Counted from the first letter of the stretch, positions 49,797 to 61,936 are shown. The stretch is 64,000 bases of DNA from an uncultured delta proteobacterium (GCA_963817385.1 CAWFOM010000004.1:27691-91690), one strand, 5' to 3'. The notes: generated by a model not told the origin, from the sequence alone. Numbers and translations: made by a program.

Positions 49797-50220
49797 GACA
49801 TTTACCTCCTTATGATTTTTTTATCCGCTTCCTTGAATGTTGTTTCCCCCTTTAGGGTCGAGAGGGCTTTTTGGTGAATGCCAGGTATGTCTGATTTTCT
49901 TTTTATATGGGGTGCAAATGATGAAGAAGTTGATTTTCTGAAAGGCAAAACGGACGTGAAGGGCCAGGAGAATGATCAATAGTGCAATAGCCGGGCTATT
50001 GCACCGCTTGACGAGTTTCATTCGCAACCTCTCTTCGCTCAGGCATGAACAATGTTACCGTCCGCACGACGCAGACGACCTTATCCCTGCTGATCCATGC
50101 CGCAGCCTCCCTATGCAGCTCTTTTTTGGTTCTCTCCCCGGACCTTTTTCTTGGTGATTATTAGCACTGCACCATAACCTCAATATGAAAAGAATGTCAA
50201 GCTAAACCGGGGAGGCCGAA

Positions 50221-50433
50221 TTGCCTTCAAAAACCCCTTATCAGAGAATCGAGGAATCTCCCTATGTCAACGAATCGGCCAAACGCGCCCTCTCAAAACA
50301 ACTTGAAAATCTCACCCCTTTCCTGTTAAGAAAAATTATGGATTTGAAGAAAATCTCCTCCATCAACAACAGACCTCGTAACATCTTTTATGAGGCAACC
50401 GGTAAATACATTTTTCTTGTTTTTTCAAGTTAA
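50221..50433 (+). pseudogene. Probable transposase C-terminal remnant
   Basis: KTPYQRI.ESP.V....K..L......L.PF.L resembles the tail of rve-type/ISNCY transposases; no catalytic core present. Confidence 0.5.
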
Positions 50434-50492
50434 CTAAGGTAGTTAATTGGCATTATCGGCCTTTAGGAGAGCGTTGCAGCGGTAATGAATAG

Positions 50493-51491
<999 letters not shown>

Positions 51492-51620
51492 GTTCCGCTT
51501 CCCCTCACCCGAGCCCGTTCCAGCCGCCTCCCTCTTTCCCTGGCAGGAGGGGATTCCGGGAGGGGAGGTAGGGATACCACAAAGGGCGGAATTTCAGGAC
51601 TCTTCTTTTGAGGAAATACC

Positions 51621-52877
51621 ATGGATTTCATTGATCTTGCCACGCAACAGCGGCGCATCGCGGATACCGTGCATGCAAACATCGGGCGGGTCCTTGCCCA
51701 CGGCCAGTACATCAACGGCCCGGAGGTCCGGGAGCTGGAGCAGGTCCTCGCCGGCTACGTAGGCGCGAAACACGCCATCGGCTGCGCCTCGGGGACCGAC
51801 GCCCTCCTCATGGCGCTCATGGCCCTCGATATCGGCCCAGGGGACGCCGTCTTCACGACCCCCTTTACGTTCATCGCGACCGCCGAGGTGATCACCCTCC
51901 TGGGAGCGACGCCGGTCTTCGTCGACATCGATCCCGCCACCTTCAACATCGATCCGGCAAAGCTGGATGAGGCAATCCTCGCCGTCAAGGGCCAAGGGTC
52001 TCCCGGAGGTCCGTTCCCCCCCGCCGCCGCCCACAACCCCGGCGTAAAAGCCATCCAGGCGGCTTTCCCCGACAGGCGCATCATTGACCGGCGCACGGCC
52101 GACCGGCGGACCGGGGACCGGTGCGCCGGTGCAGGCAGACCCCCGCGCCCCCGCGCCGTCATCCCCGTCGATCTCTTCGGCCTCCCCGCGGACTACGATG
52201 CGATTGCCGCCGTTGCCGTCCGCCACGGCCTCAAGGTGATCGAGGATGCCGCCCAGTCCTTCGGCGGCCAGTACAAGGGGCGAAAGGCCTGCGTCTTCGG
52301 CGACGTCGCCTGCACGTCCTTCTTCCCCGCGAAACCGCTCGGCTGCTACGGTGACGGGGGGATGTGCTTCACGAACGATGACCGGATCGATCATCTCCTC
52401 CGCTCGATCCGGGTCCACGGCCAGGGGAGCGACAAGTACGAGAACGTCCGCATCGGGATCAATGGCCGCCTGGACACGCTCCAGGCCGCGATCCTCCTGG
52501 CCAAGTTCGCCATCTTCCCCGGGGAGATCGACCTTCGCCAGGAGGCCGCGAAGCGATATGACGCCCTCTTGGCCGGCGCCGTCAAAACTCCCTTCATCCC
52601 CGAAGGGTACCAAAGCGCCTGGGCGCAGTACTCAGTCCTCGCCACGAACGACGCGGAGCGCTCCGCGCTGATGGCGAAACTCAAGGAGGCCGGCATCCCC
52701 ACAGCGGTCTACTACCCGAAGCCCCTCCACCGTCAGACGGCCTTCGCCTCTCTGCATTGTCAAGCAGGCGACTTCCCCGTCAGCGACAACTGTGCGAGCC
52801 GGATCTTCAGCCTCCCCATGCACCCCTACCTCTCCGCCGGGGACCAGAGACGCATCGCCGCCCTGCTTGGAAAATAG
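51621..52877 (+). CDS. DegT/DnrJ/WbpE-family sugar aminotransferase with a ~45-aa insert
   Basis: SGTDAL, EDAAQS, SFFPAKPLGCYGDGG, NGRLDTLQA. Confidence 0.92.
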   Translation: MDFIDLATQQRRIADTVHANIGRVLAHGQYINGPEVRELEQVLAGYVGAKHAIGCASGTDALLMALMALDIGPGDAVFTTPFTFIATAEVITLLGATPVFVDIDPATFNIDPAKLDEAILAVKGQGSPGGPFPPAAAHNPGVKAIQAAFPDRRIIDRRTADRRTGDRCAGAGRPPRPRAVIPVDLFGLPADYDAIAAVAVRHGLKVIEDAAQSFGGQYKGRKACVFGDVACTSFFPAKPLGCYGDGGMCFTNDDRIDHLLRSIRVHGQGSDKYENVRIGINGRLDTLQAAILLAKFAIFPGEIDLRQEAAKRYDALLAGAVKTPFIPEGYQSAWAQYSVLATNDAERSALMAKLKEAGIPTAVYYPKPLHRQTAFASLHCQAGDFPVSDNCASRIFSLPMHPYLSAGDQRRIAALLGK

Positions 52878-53010
52878 CGGAGGAGATTTCATTGATCTCA
52901 TATCCGTCTTTATGATATCAGTTCGAATATCGTTCCCATGACGGAGATACGTGCACCTTTCTTCTGCGCCATTTTGGGATTATCCGAATTAATCAAGGGA
53001 AAGGTTCGAA

Positions 53011-54039
53011 ATGAAAAAAGCGTTCATCACCGGCATCACCGGCCAGGACGGCTCCTACCTGGCGGAGCTCCTGCTCTGCAAAGGCTATGAGGTTCACGGC
53101 CTCATCCGCAGGGCCAGCACCTTTAACACCGAGCGGATCGATCACCTCTACCGGGACTTCCACGACCCCCAGGCCCGGGTGTATCTCCACTACGGCGACC
53201 TCTCCGTCTCCGGGCAGATCACCGATCTCCTCCACGAGATCCGGCCGGACGAGATCTACCACCTGGGCGCCCAGAGCCACGTCCGGGTGAGCTTCGACAT
53301 GCCCGAGTACACCGGCGACGTGACCGGCCTCGGGACGCTCCGCCTCCTCGAAGCGATCCGGAAGACGGGCATCAAGACCCGCTTCTACCAGGCCTCCTCC
53401 AGCGAGATGTTCGGCGCGGCCCCGCCCCCCCAGCGCGAGACGACCCCCTTCCAGCCGCAGAGCCCCTACGCGGCCGCCAAGGTCTACGCCTACTACATCG
53501 CCCGCAACTACCGGGACGCCTACAAGCTCTTCGCCGCCAACGGCATCCTCTTCAACCACGAATCCCCCCGCCGCGGCGAGACCTTCGTCACGAGAAAGAT
53601 CACCCGTGCGGCCGCCCGGATCAAGCTCGGCCTCCAGGAGAAGCTCTACCTCGGAAACCTCGAGGCGAAGCGCGACTGGGGCTTTGCCGGGGATTACGTC
53701 GAGGCGATGTGGCTCATCCTCCAGCAGGATAAGCCCGACGACTTCGTCATCGCCACCGGCGAGACCCATTCGGTCCGCGAATTCGCCGAGAAGGTCTTCG
53801 CGAAGCTCGATCTCGATTACCATGAGCACGTGGCCACCGATCCGCGGTACTTCCGACCCACGGAGGTGGACGTCCTCCTCGGCGATGCCGCGAAGGCCCG
53901 CAAGGCCCTCGGCTGGCAGCCGAAGGTGAGCTTCGATCAGCTCATCGGCATGATGGTCGAGGCGGACCTGGAGATCGCCGAGAAGGAAAAGACCCTCGTC
54001 AATGCGGGCTTCGCCTGCGGCAGCCACCGGAGGGGGTGA
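53011..54039 (+). CDS. gmd: GDP-mannose 4,6-dehydratase
   Basis: [30 protein letters not shown]. Confidence 0.97.
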   Translation: MKKAFITGITGQDGSYLAELLLCKGYEVHGLIRRASTFNTERIDHLYRDFHDPQARVYLHYGDLSVSGQITDLLHEIRPDEIYHLGAQSHVRVSFDMPEYTGDVTGLGTLRLLEAIRKTGIKTRFYQASSSEMFGAAPPPQRETTPFQPQSPYAAAKVYAYYIARNYRDAYKLFAANGILFNHESPRRGETFVTRKITRAAARIKLGLQEKLYLGNLEAKRDWGFAGDYVEAMWLILQQDKPDDFVIATGETHSVREFAEKVFAKLDLDYHEHVATDPRYFRPTEVDVLLGDAAKARKALGWQPKVSFDQLIGMMVEADLEIAEKEKTLVNAGFACGSHRRG

Positions 54040-54969
<930 letters not shown>

Positions 54970-54985
54970 AAGGGACTCGCAGATT

Positions 54986-55129
54986 ATGCTTATTCCCTTT
55001 ATTGAATCGTGTGAGGCGCGCTTGGCAGTCATCGGCCTGGGCTATGTCGGCCTGCCGCTTGCGGTGGAATTCGGCAGACAGTTCCCCGTCACGGGGCTCG
55101 ATTGCAATCCGCAGCGAAGAAACACTTGA
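54986..55129 (+). pseudogene. N-terminal fragment of a UDP-sugar dehydrogenase (WbpO/TviB-like)
   Basis: LAVIGLGYVGLPLAVEFG...GLD, then a stop after 47 aa; no continuation before the convergent gene. Confidence 0.8.
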
Positions 55130-55198
55130 TAAATTCTCCCGCAGAATACCCCCTCCTTGGAAGTAAGGGGGATGCAATCCCCCTCTGGGCGTGGTATG

Positions 55199-55648
55199 TT
55201 ACTTCTGTTTTTTCTCCGTGGTAAATGGGGTTTTTTGCGACTGCAACCCGGACTTTACAAACCATTGCCCCCGTTCTTTAACCCAGGTTTGCATCTCGGA
55301 CACCCCTTTGAAGTCGTATCCCATATACGATATGTCAATCTTGACCTTTACCGTTGCCTGATCCCCCGAGGGAAGCATCTTTATCTCGTCTATCGCGAAT
55401 CCCCGGTAATTCAGCTTTCTGGTCCGGTAAACGTAATTCTCCCGCGCTACCTTCTCGCGAGAGGTAGAGTCAAAAAACCCATAGGCGAGGTCCCATTTTC
55501 GGCCGATCTGGGCCTGCATGTAATTTTTCACCCGTTCATCGAGGGGCTCCTGTTTTGCGGTTAGGGAAGACAAAGCAGCACACCCTGCCGACAAGATCAA
55601 CATCAGGCAGCATGCCGCCGCCAATAGCGTTCGTCTTTTGCTTTTCAC
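55199..55648 (-). CDS. Lipoprotein of unknown function (NTF2-like size)
   Basis: SAGC lipobox; GTGA overlap with the upstream selenoprotein stop. Confidence 0.75.
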   Translation of the reverse strand: MKSKRRTLLAAACCLMLILSAGCAALSSLTAKQEPLDERVKNYMQAQIGRKWDLAYGFFDSTSREKVARENYVYRTRKLNYRGFAIDEIKMLPSGDQATVKVKIDISYMGYDFKGVSEMQTWVKERGQWFVKSGLQSQKTPFTTEKKQK

Positions 55649-56667
55649 CGTGCTTCTCCTTTTCTTTTTTCGGGTTGTTCTTTCCGGTAACGCTCCATGA
55701 ACTCCTCCGGACTCAATTGCAGCCCCTCCATCAGCCCCTTGCGTGTTTTCCGTTGTTTTGCCGTTACCTGGGCCTGTTTATGCTTCTCTACGAGTCTCGC
55801 GATCTCCCCATTGTCCTGAACGAAACCATCCAACGGGATATATCTTCTTTCGCTCACGCTGAGTGCCGGCTTTTCATCGAGGGTGATCTTGAGTAATCCC
55901 AGTATCTTTCCCAGGGACCCTGTCTGGAGGAGCACGGTTTTCTCGGAAGCCTTTGCAAAAAACGGGTCATCGCTTCCGGACGAAATGGCCACGTCAATTC
56001 CTTGTACGGCCTCTGCCAGCGCAAGGGTCTTCTCTGCGTCGAATTGGGACAGCAGAATGACCAGATCGGCCTTTCCCCTCACCTCGGCCAGCAGCCTGTT
56101 CAGGGCGGTCTCCGGGGGTATGACCTCCAACCCTTTCACCTGTCCCTGATCAGGGAGTTGCGCGAGGCCAACCGGATCTAATATGCCGAGAATGGCTACT
56201 TTTATGCCGCCTACCTCCTTGATGAGGTACTCCCGGGTCCAGGGAAGCCGGCTGCCGGCATAAAGCAGATTTGATGCAATATAGGGGAAGGAGACAGAGG
56301 AACGCGCATGTTCGAGGAATTCCTTTCCAAAATTGAACTCCGGACTTCCAAGATTTAAGGCATCGTATCCCATCAGTTCCATTGCCTGCAACTGTAATTC
56401 CGCCGTATCTTTTTGACGATCGAAAACCGCCCCGCAATCCAGGAGCAGGACTGATGGTTCGCTTTTCCGGATAGATTCTATCATCTGTGCGCGCCGGGCC
56501 AGACCGCCCGAGCTCTTCGCACCTCAGGAAGGACAAGGATCAATGGTACCCTTTACGGAACCGGTGTAAAGGATGGTGACGGTCTTGGCGCCTGCGGCAA
56601 AAGAGACAGGCAACCACGAGATGCTAAGTACCAACGATACTAGGAATGGAAGGAGAAACCGCTTCAT
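55645..56667 (-). CDS. Exported UshA/5'-nucleotidase-fold selenoprotein (Sec at codon 48, CxxU)
   Basis: AGGAG RBS, ATG at 56667, signal peptide, ILYTGSVKGTIDPCPS-TGA(56526-56524)-GAKSSGGLARRA in frame with ORF 55645-56484; SECIS-like hairpin follows the TGA. Confidence 0.85.
56487..56523 (-). promoter_or_regulatory. Bacterial SECIS-like element
   Basis: After UGA: GGUGCG-AAGAGCU-CGGGC-GGUCUG-GCCCG-GCG-CGCAC; the apical GGUCUG matches the E. coli fdhF SECIS apex. Confidence 0.75.
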
Positions 56668-56764
56668 GTTAAACTCCTAATGTATCCTGATTTTAAAGTT
56701 TTTTTATCAATCGGGGCGCTCGTCTGATCCCGGGCAGGGCCGGGCGGCGAACCCCCTTCTCTCT

Positions 56765-57422
56765 TTATTTCCGGAGGCCGCGGAGCGCCTTGAGGATCTG
56801 CTCCTTGTTGCCCGGGATTTGCTTCCCTTGGGGGCCCACGATGACAACGGTGGGCGTTGCGTTGATCCGGTCTTCCTTGATGTATTTGCTGAATATCGCA
56901 AAGACGGGGGCGGTGTCGAACGGCCGGATCTGCAGGCCCTTCAGTGCCAGGAAGCCCTCCAGCTCGTCTTTCTCCTCTGATCTTCAGCCCCGCCGCCTCG
57001 AAAAGTGCGGCCCGGGCTTTGACCGCCTGGCCGAACTCCCGCTTCGCATTAACCGCAGCCAGAAAATAACCGGCGTAGAGTACCGTCTCCGGGTGAAGCG
57101 GTGTGTCGATGAAGAGGACGCGGATGCGGTTCTTCGCCACGAGTTCCGTGATGGCCGCCATCACCTCCTGCTCCTCGGCGCGGCAGGGTCCGCAGAAATA
57201 GTCGGTGTAGACACGAACCTCGACGACGCCCTCGCCAAAGGCCGGCAACGAGGGGTCGGCCGCGGAGACCGGGGGCGTCGGCCCCGAAACAATGAGCAGA
57301 AAGATCAGCAGCAGGGTCGCGGCCGCCGGGGGGCCAAGCCCCCTGCCGGACCGCTTGACAATGGCGGTAAGGGCCGCACCGGCGGCGAGAAGCCGCTTCG
57401 TTGTTCTATGCAGATATCGCAT
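56765..57422 (-). CDS. DsbA/thioredoxin-fold protein (frameshift ~56975)
   Basis: Signal/TM segment, YTDYFCGPC, PLH, then INATPT cis-Pro loop in a second frame ending LRGLRK*. Confidence 0.8.
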
Positions 57423-57461
57423 GGTATTCGGGACCCTCCTGGATTATACTGAACCGTCTCC

Positions 57462-58181
57462 TCACTTCTTGGCGCCGAGGATCTTTTCAATCTGAGGTAT
57501 GTTGGCGCCTCTGACAAACTGCCCGTCGATTACAAACATGGGTGTGCCGAGGCCCGCGATCCCGATCTTGTCGCCGAGCTCCTTGTGGGTCTTGACCAAT
57601 TCAGCCGCCGCGGCGTCGTCGCAGGATGCGAATTTCATATCGTCGAGTTTTCCGGTCATCGCCTCCTCATACGCCTTGGTCCGGTCTTTCGCGCAGAAAA
57701 TGTAACGGATCTTCGCCTCGGCTTTCGGATGTATCGAGAGCGGGTATAAGAAGACATACTGCGTCACGTCGTTTCTTTTCGCAAAATAGTCGGAGGCCTT
57801 CCGGCAGAACGGGCAGTCCGGATCGGTGACTTCGATCACCGTGTGAGAACCGCTGCCGATCTTCAATGCTTTTTCGAGAGGGAGGTCCTTGAACTTCTTT
57901 CCCTGGATCTCGGTATTCCGTGCTTGCGTCAGGTTTTTCTTCTCCTTGGTTAAGATCTCCCCGATGATCACGTAATCCGGTCCCGGGGCGTAATAGACGA
58001 TCCTGCCGCCGGCGACGATCTCATAGAGGCCGGGGATGTCGGTGGGGCTGACGCTCTCCGGCGGGATGTCGGGGAAACTCTTCCGGAAGGATTCCTCAGG
58101 CGTGGCCGCCTGAAGAGGGGCGCCGGTCATGATGACCATCAGGACGCAGAGGGTGAGAAACGCTTTTTTGGGTATATTCAT
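57462..58181 (-). CDS. dsbC: DsbC-family disulfide isomerase
   Basis: Signal peptide, PGLYEI dimerisation domain, TDPDCPFC, GTP. Confidence 0.9.
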   Translation of the reverse strand: MNIPKKAFLTLCVLMVIMTGAPLQAATPEESFRKSFPDIPPESVSPTDIPGLYEIVAGGRIVYYAPGPDYVIIGEILTKEKKNLTQARNTEIQGKKFKDLPLEKALKIGSGSHTVIEVTDPDCPFCRKASDYFAKRNDVTQYVFLYPLSIHPKAEAKIRYIFCAKDRTKAYEEAMTGKLDDMKFASCDDAAAAELVKTHKELGDKIGIAGLGTPMFVIDGQFVRGANIPQIEKILGAKK

Positions 58182-58521
58182 GTTCTGTTCTCCATTTCTT
58201 TTTCTTTGTGAATAATCATTATAACGGATTTACCGTACCATCATTTTCTCTTCCCGAAACGAGACCGTATTGACCCGTTTCGCTGATTTGCTCCTTTCCA
58301 TCAGTACTGAAACAGGAGCCGCGTCGCCGGGCTGGCTGTCCGGCGCCGCCGGTAACACGGTAGCCGGCAGCCGGGACGGTAGGAGGTAGAAACCGCCCGG
58401 GGCCGGTACCGCTTCCACGGAGAGCAGGCCAAGAACTGCCCGTGAGGGGGGTGCCTTGCGGCGGTTCGACACGGTCCGGGGATGCTATTCCTTCCGGACT
58501 GTGGGCCTCCCCCCGTGAAAT

Positions 58522-59190
58522 CTACGTGAGCCGGCCGTCAGCCACCCGAAGCACCCGGTGCGCATAGGCCGCATAGTCCGAATTGTGGGTCACCATGATG
58601 ATCGTCATACCCTCGGAGTTCAGGGTGTTGATAATCCCCATGATCTCCTTCCCCGTCTTCGAGTCGAGATTGCCCGTCGGCTCGTCGGCCAGAATGATCG
58701 GTGGTCGGCCGACGATCGCCCGGGCAATGGCCACCCGCTCCTGCTCGCCTCCCGAAATCTGGCTGGGGAGACGGTCGGTCTTCTGGGAAAGACCAACTCG
58801 CTCGAGGGCGCCCATTGCCATGGTGCGCTTCTTCGCCCTCTTCCCCCGGACGGTCGCCAGGGGAAGCATCACGTTCTCGGCCAGGGTGAGATACGGGATG
58901 AGATTGAAATTCTGAAAGACAAAGCCGATCGACTCCCGCCGAAAGTCAGCCCGCGCATTCTTCCCGAGGGCATAGATATCGACGTCATCGACCATCAGCC
59001 TCCCCGCAGTCGGACTGTTGAGCGTGCCGACGATGGATAGAAGCGTCGATTTTCCCGAACCCGATTCGCCCATGACCGCGACGAACTCGCCCGCGTCGAT
59101 CGTGAAGCTGACCTCCTTGAGGGCGGTGACCGCACCATCCCCCTTCCCGTACTGTTTTGCTATCTGCTGCGCCTCTATCCGTTTCATCAT
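58522..59190 (-). CDS. LolD/MacB-type ABC ATPase
   Basis: [29 protein letters not shown]. Confidence 0.92.
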   Translation of the reverse strand: MMKRIEAQQIAKQYGKGDGAVTALKEVSFTIDAGEFVAVMGESGSGKSTLLSIVGTLNSPTAGRLMVDDVDIYALGKNARADFRRESIGFVFQNFNLIPYLTLAENVMLPLATVRGKRAKKRTMAMGALERVGLSQKTDRLPSQISGGEQERVAIARAIVGRPPIILADEPTGNLDSKTGKEIMGIINTLNSEGMTIIMVTHNSDYAAYAHRVLRVADGRLT

Positions 59191-59197
59191 GATTCTC

Positions 59198-60355
59198 CTA
59201 TAACGCCCGCAGGGCTTCGTTCGGGTCGAGACGCGACGCCGCATACGCCGGGTAGCTGCTGGCCGCGAGCCCGATGAGCAGGGACAGCAGGAGCGCCCCG
59301 GCCGCCAGGACCGGGTCAAAGGGAACATGCGCCCCGTGACCCTCGGTGAAAAGCGGGATCAGCATCCGGGTCGCCGAGAAGCCGACCAGGTACCCGAGGA
59401 CCCCCGCGAGACCCGATATGATCGCCGCCTCCAGGAGGATGATCCGTATCACGTGGCTCCCTCGAAAGCCCATGGCGCTGAAGATGCCGATCTCGACCGT
59501 CCGTTCCCGGACGCTCCCCATCATCGTCACCAGGACCATGAGGCTCCCCACCAGAAGGACCAGTGCGGAGACGCCGTAGGAGAACTTCTCGAATTGGTTC
59601 AGTGTCTCCATGCGCCCCTTCACCACCTGCTGGATGGCCATGACATTCGCCCCGGGGAGAACGTCGGAGATCTGCTTCACCATCTCGGGGATCGGGCAGC
59701 CCGAGCAGAGGGCGGCGACCTCCGCCATGGAGATCCGTCCCTTCTTCCCGAGCAGCTCCTGCGTCATCGCCAGGGGCGCGAAGATCAGGCCGTCATCCTG
59801 CGATCCCGTCGTTTCCAGAACGCCCGTCACCTGGATTTCTTTATTATTGACCTGAAATGTATCGCCCACCCCGAGTCCAAGGAGACGGGCGGCCTCGGAA
59901 CCCAGAATCGCCCCTCCGTCGTCCGGTTCCTTCCCCTTCATGGTCCACCAGGGCCGCAGGACCTGGAAGGCCTGAAAGTCGACCCCGGCCATGAGCAGGC
60001 GCTGGCCGGCCACCGTCACCGGCCCCAGGACCATCGGCCCCATCGCGGCGACGTTATTGGCGTTCGCGATCTTCTTGATGTTCGCCAGCTCCTCTTCCTT
60101 GATCTCCTGCATCTCGAAGGAGACCCCCCCGAGGGAGAGTCCGCCGTAGGTGAGGGAGAGGTTTTCGGTCTTCGGGACGATCAGGATATTGGCGCCGTAC
60201 ATCTCCAGCTTGTGGTTGATATCCTGTTTCATCGCCGCCACGAGACTCAGGAGCGCCACCACCGTGGATACCCCGATGAGGAGCCCGGCCAGGACAAAAA
60301 AGGCCTTGCCTTTCCTCCGCCTCAAGTTACTGATCGCAATATCCCTGAGGGTCAT
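59198..60355 (-). CDS. FtsX/MacB-type ABC permease with a periplasmic CxxC
   Basis: YGANILIVP, ERTVEIG..SAMG, LDP.EALR; ALCSGCP before TM2. Confidence 0.9.
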   Translation of the reverse strand: MTLRDIAISNLRRRKGKAFFVLAGLLIGVSTVVALLSLVAAMKQDINHKLEMYGANILIVPKTENLSLTYGGLSLGGVSFEMQEIKEEELANIKKIANANNVAAMGPMVLGPVTVAGQRLLMAGVDFQAFQVLRPWWTMKGKEPDDGGAILGSEAARLLGLGVGDTFQVNNKEIQVTGVLETTGSQDDGLIFAPLAMTQELLGKKGRISMAEVAALCSGCPIPEMVKQISDVLPGANVMAIQQVVKGRMETLNQFEKFSYGVSALVLLVGSLMVLVTMMGSVRERTVEIGIFSAMGFRGSHVIRIILLEAAIISGLAGVLGYLVGFSATRMLIPLFTEGHGAHVPFDPVLAAGALLLSLLIGLAASSYPAYAASRLDPNEALRAL

Positions 60356-60879
60356 TACCTGGCTCCCCCCAAGGCGAAATAGCGTTTGCCTTCGAGAATA
60401 TGTTCAACCTTGATGACCACCTTGCCGCCTTCGATATTCCTGGTCAGAGGACCCGGGTTACAGCCGCCGGTCACCACGTTGATCTTTGTGGACGGGAAGC
60501 GTCTCCCGCAGTTGTTGCAGACCATGACATCGTCCTTCTGGGTGTACCCCTTCCCCGCGCGCCAGCATACGTCGCAGGCGTCAAAGGCCGCCCGGATAAT
60601 GCCGTCCGAGCTTTTCATGATGAAATACCTGATGGTCACACCGTCACTCGTCTTATACTCGAAATGACGCGCCTTCCCGTTATCGAACATATCCACCGGG
60701 TAGCTCACGTCCGGAACCCCGACGGCGAGCGCAGGAGCTCCTATCGCACCAAGGAGCACAACGATAAGAAGCAGTGCGCCGATGCCTTTTCGGGCATAAT
60801 TCCTTTGCCCGGATTTAACCGTCCTTCCTGATTCCCGCCCGCGGAACAAAGCCGAGCCTGCATACATAGTGTGAGACAT
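60355..60879 (-). CDS. DUF2318 (FtrD-like) Cys-rich Fe-S protein
   Basis: FDACDVC...GY...VCNNCG...GGCNP after a signal/TM segment. Confidence 0.85.
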   Translation of the reverse strand: MSHTMYAGSALFRGRESGRTVKSGQRNYARKGIGALLLIVVLLGAIGAPALAVGVPDVSYPVDMFDNGKARHFEYKTSDGVTIRYFIMKSSDGIIRAAFDACDVCWRAGKGYTQKDDVMVCNNCGRRFPSTKINVVTGGCNPGPLTRNIEGGKVVIKVEHILEGKRYFALGGAR

Positions 60880-60912
60880 TCTTTCCTCCTCTATTCAATC
60901 TAATGAAATGTA

Positions 60913-61872
60913 TTAATTTTCAAATGCCTGCCCATCCTGATAGGTGTAGGATTTAACAATCCTGCCGGCCTGTTCAATGTCCACCTGCACATGGCAGCCG
61001 TAATCGGTGACCTGTGCCTGCGCATCCTGCCCGGCCGGATTGGTTTTACGATATTCGCCTAACGCCGCGGCGCTCGCCTTCTCTTTCAGCTCGGGGGCAA
61101 CTTCACTACCGGAAATCCGGTTACCGCCACATCCGCCGCCGCACCCACCCGAACCACAGCATGATCTTCCTCCCCCGAACGAGGCTTGCCGGGGAGCGGC
61201 CGTCAAGTTCAGCTTGACCTCGGCATTCTGCCGCGCCTGAACAAGCCATCCGGCGGCATTTTGATCGGAACCCCCGCCGGCCATGGCCTTATTCACCTCC
61301 CGGAAAAGAAGAAGATTCCGGACATGGTCGGCGAGGTATTCCGGGGAGATGCTGTCTTCTTCCAGGCCTGCCTGGAACTTCTCCCAGGTTCCGTATATCT
61401 CCCTGGCGATCGTCTGCAGCTCCTGCCGGACCCGTTCATCACCCACCGTAATCTTCAGGCGGCGCGCTTCTTGAACCACCAGCCGCTCCTCCACCATCTT
61501 CTCCAGAACGTCCCGCTCCAGATCCACCAGGAGCGTCCTTCCCCGATCGCCGGCAAAGAGCTCTCGGCCGTACTCCCGCTCCAGCATCCGCCGGCTGATC
61601 GTCAGTCTCTCGCGCAGTGCGGAACGGGAGACGGGCTCACCGTTGACCACCGCCAGCGGCCGCCCCAAGAGCGCATCCCAGGAAAAATCCCATGCGTTCT
61701 TTTCTCCGTACGCATAGACCGCTCCGACAAGGATCAGTATCACGACCGTACTCGCCAGAAACCACCGACCCTTCAAGCGTTTACGTCTCACGTCATCCTG
61801 GCAATCAGGGCAATACCCATTATCCCCGGCCGCAATTTCTTTTCCGCACCGGCTGCACTGTTCTTGATCCAC
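60913..61872 (-). CDS. Zn-ribbon + TM + SurA-N-like protein with a Cys/Gly-rich tail
   Basis: CSRC...CPDC, TM, LAVVNGEPVS...LE.MVEE.LV.QEA, SCCGSGGCGGGCGG, DYGCH; GTG start after GGAGAGGAG. Confidence 0.75.
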   Translation of the reverse strand: MDQEQCSRCGKEIAAGDNGYCPDCQDDVRRKRLKGRWFLASTVVILILVGAVYAYGEKNAWDFSWDALLGRPLAVVNGEPVSRSALRERLTISRRMLEREYGRELFAGDRGRTLLVDLERDVLEKMVEERLVVQEARRLKITVGDERVRQELQTIAREIYGTWEKFQAGLEEDSISPEYLADHVRNLLLFREVNKAMAGGGSDQNAAGWLVQARQNAEVKLNLTAAPRQASFGGGRSCCGSGGCGGGCGGNRISGSEVAPELKEKASAAALGEYRKTNPAGQDAQAQVTDYGCHVQVDIEQAGRIVKSYTYQDGQAFEN

Positions 61873-61920
61873 GATAAGCTCTCCTCTCCGTTTGAGGCAT
61901 CTCTTCTCGGAACTCAATAG

Positions 61921-61936
61921 AGCAACTGGTATGCCA
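61921..61936 (-). promoter_or_regulatory. Sigma-54 (-24/-12) promoter
   Basis: Minus strand TGGCATACCAGTTGCT, a GG-N10-GC consensus ~50 bp before the gene start. Confidence 0.8.

Noticed and set aside
51495..51575. CCCCTCACCC...GGGAGGGGAGG after galE as an RNA gene
   Set aside because: Only a loose pyrimidine/purine inverted repeat, with no tRNA or Rfam-like features; probably a degenerate REP-type hairpin
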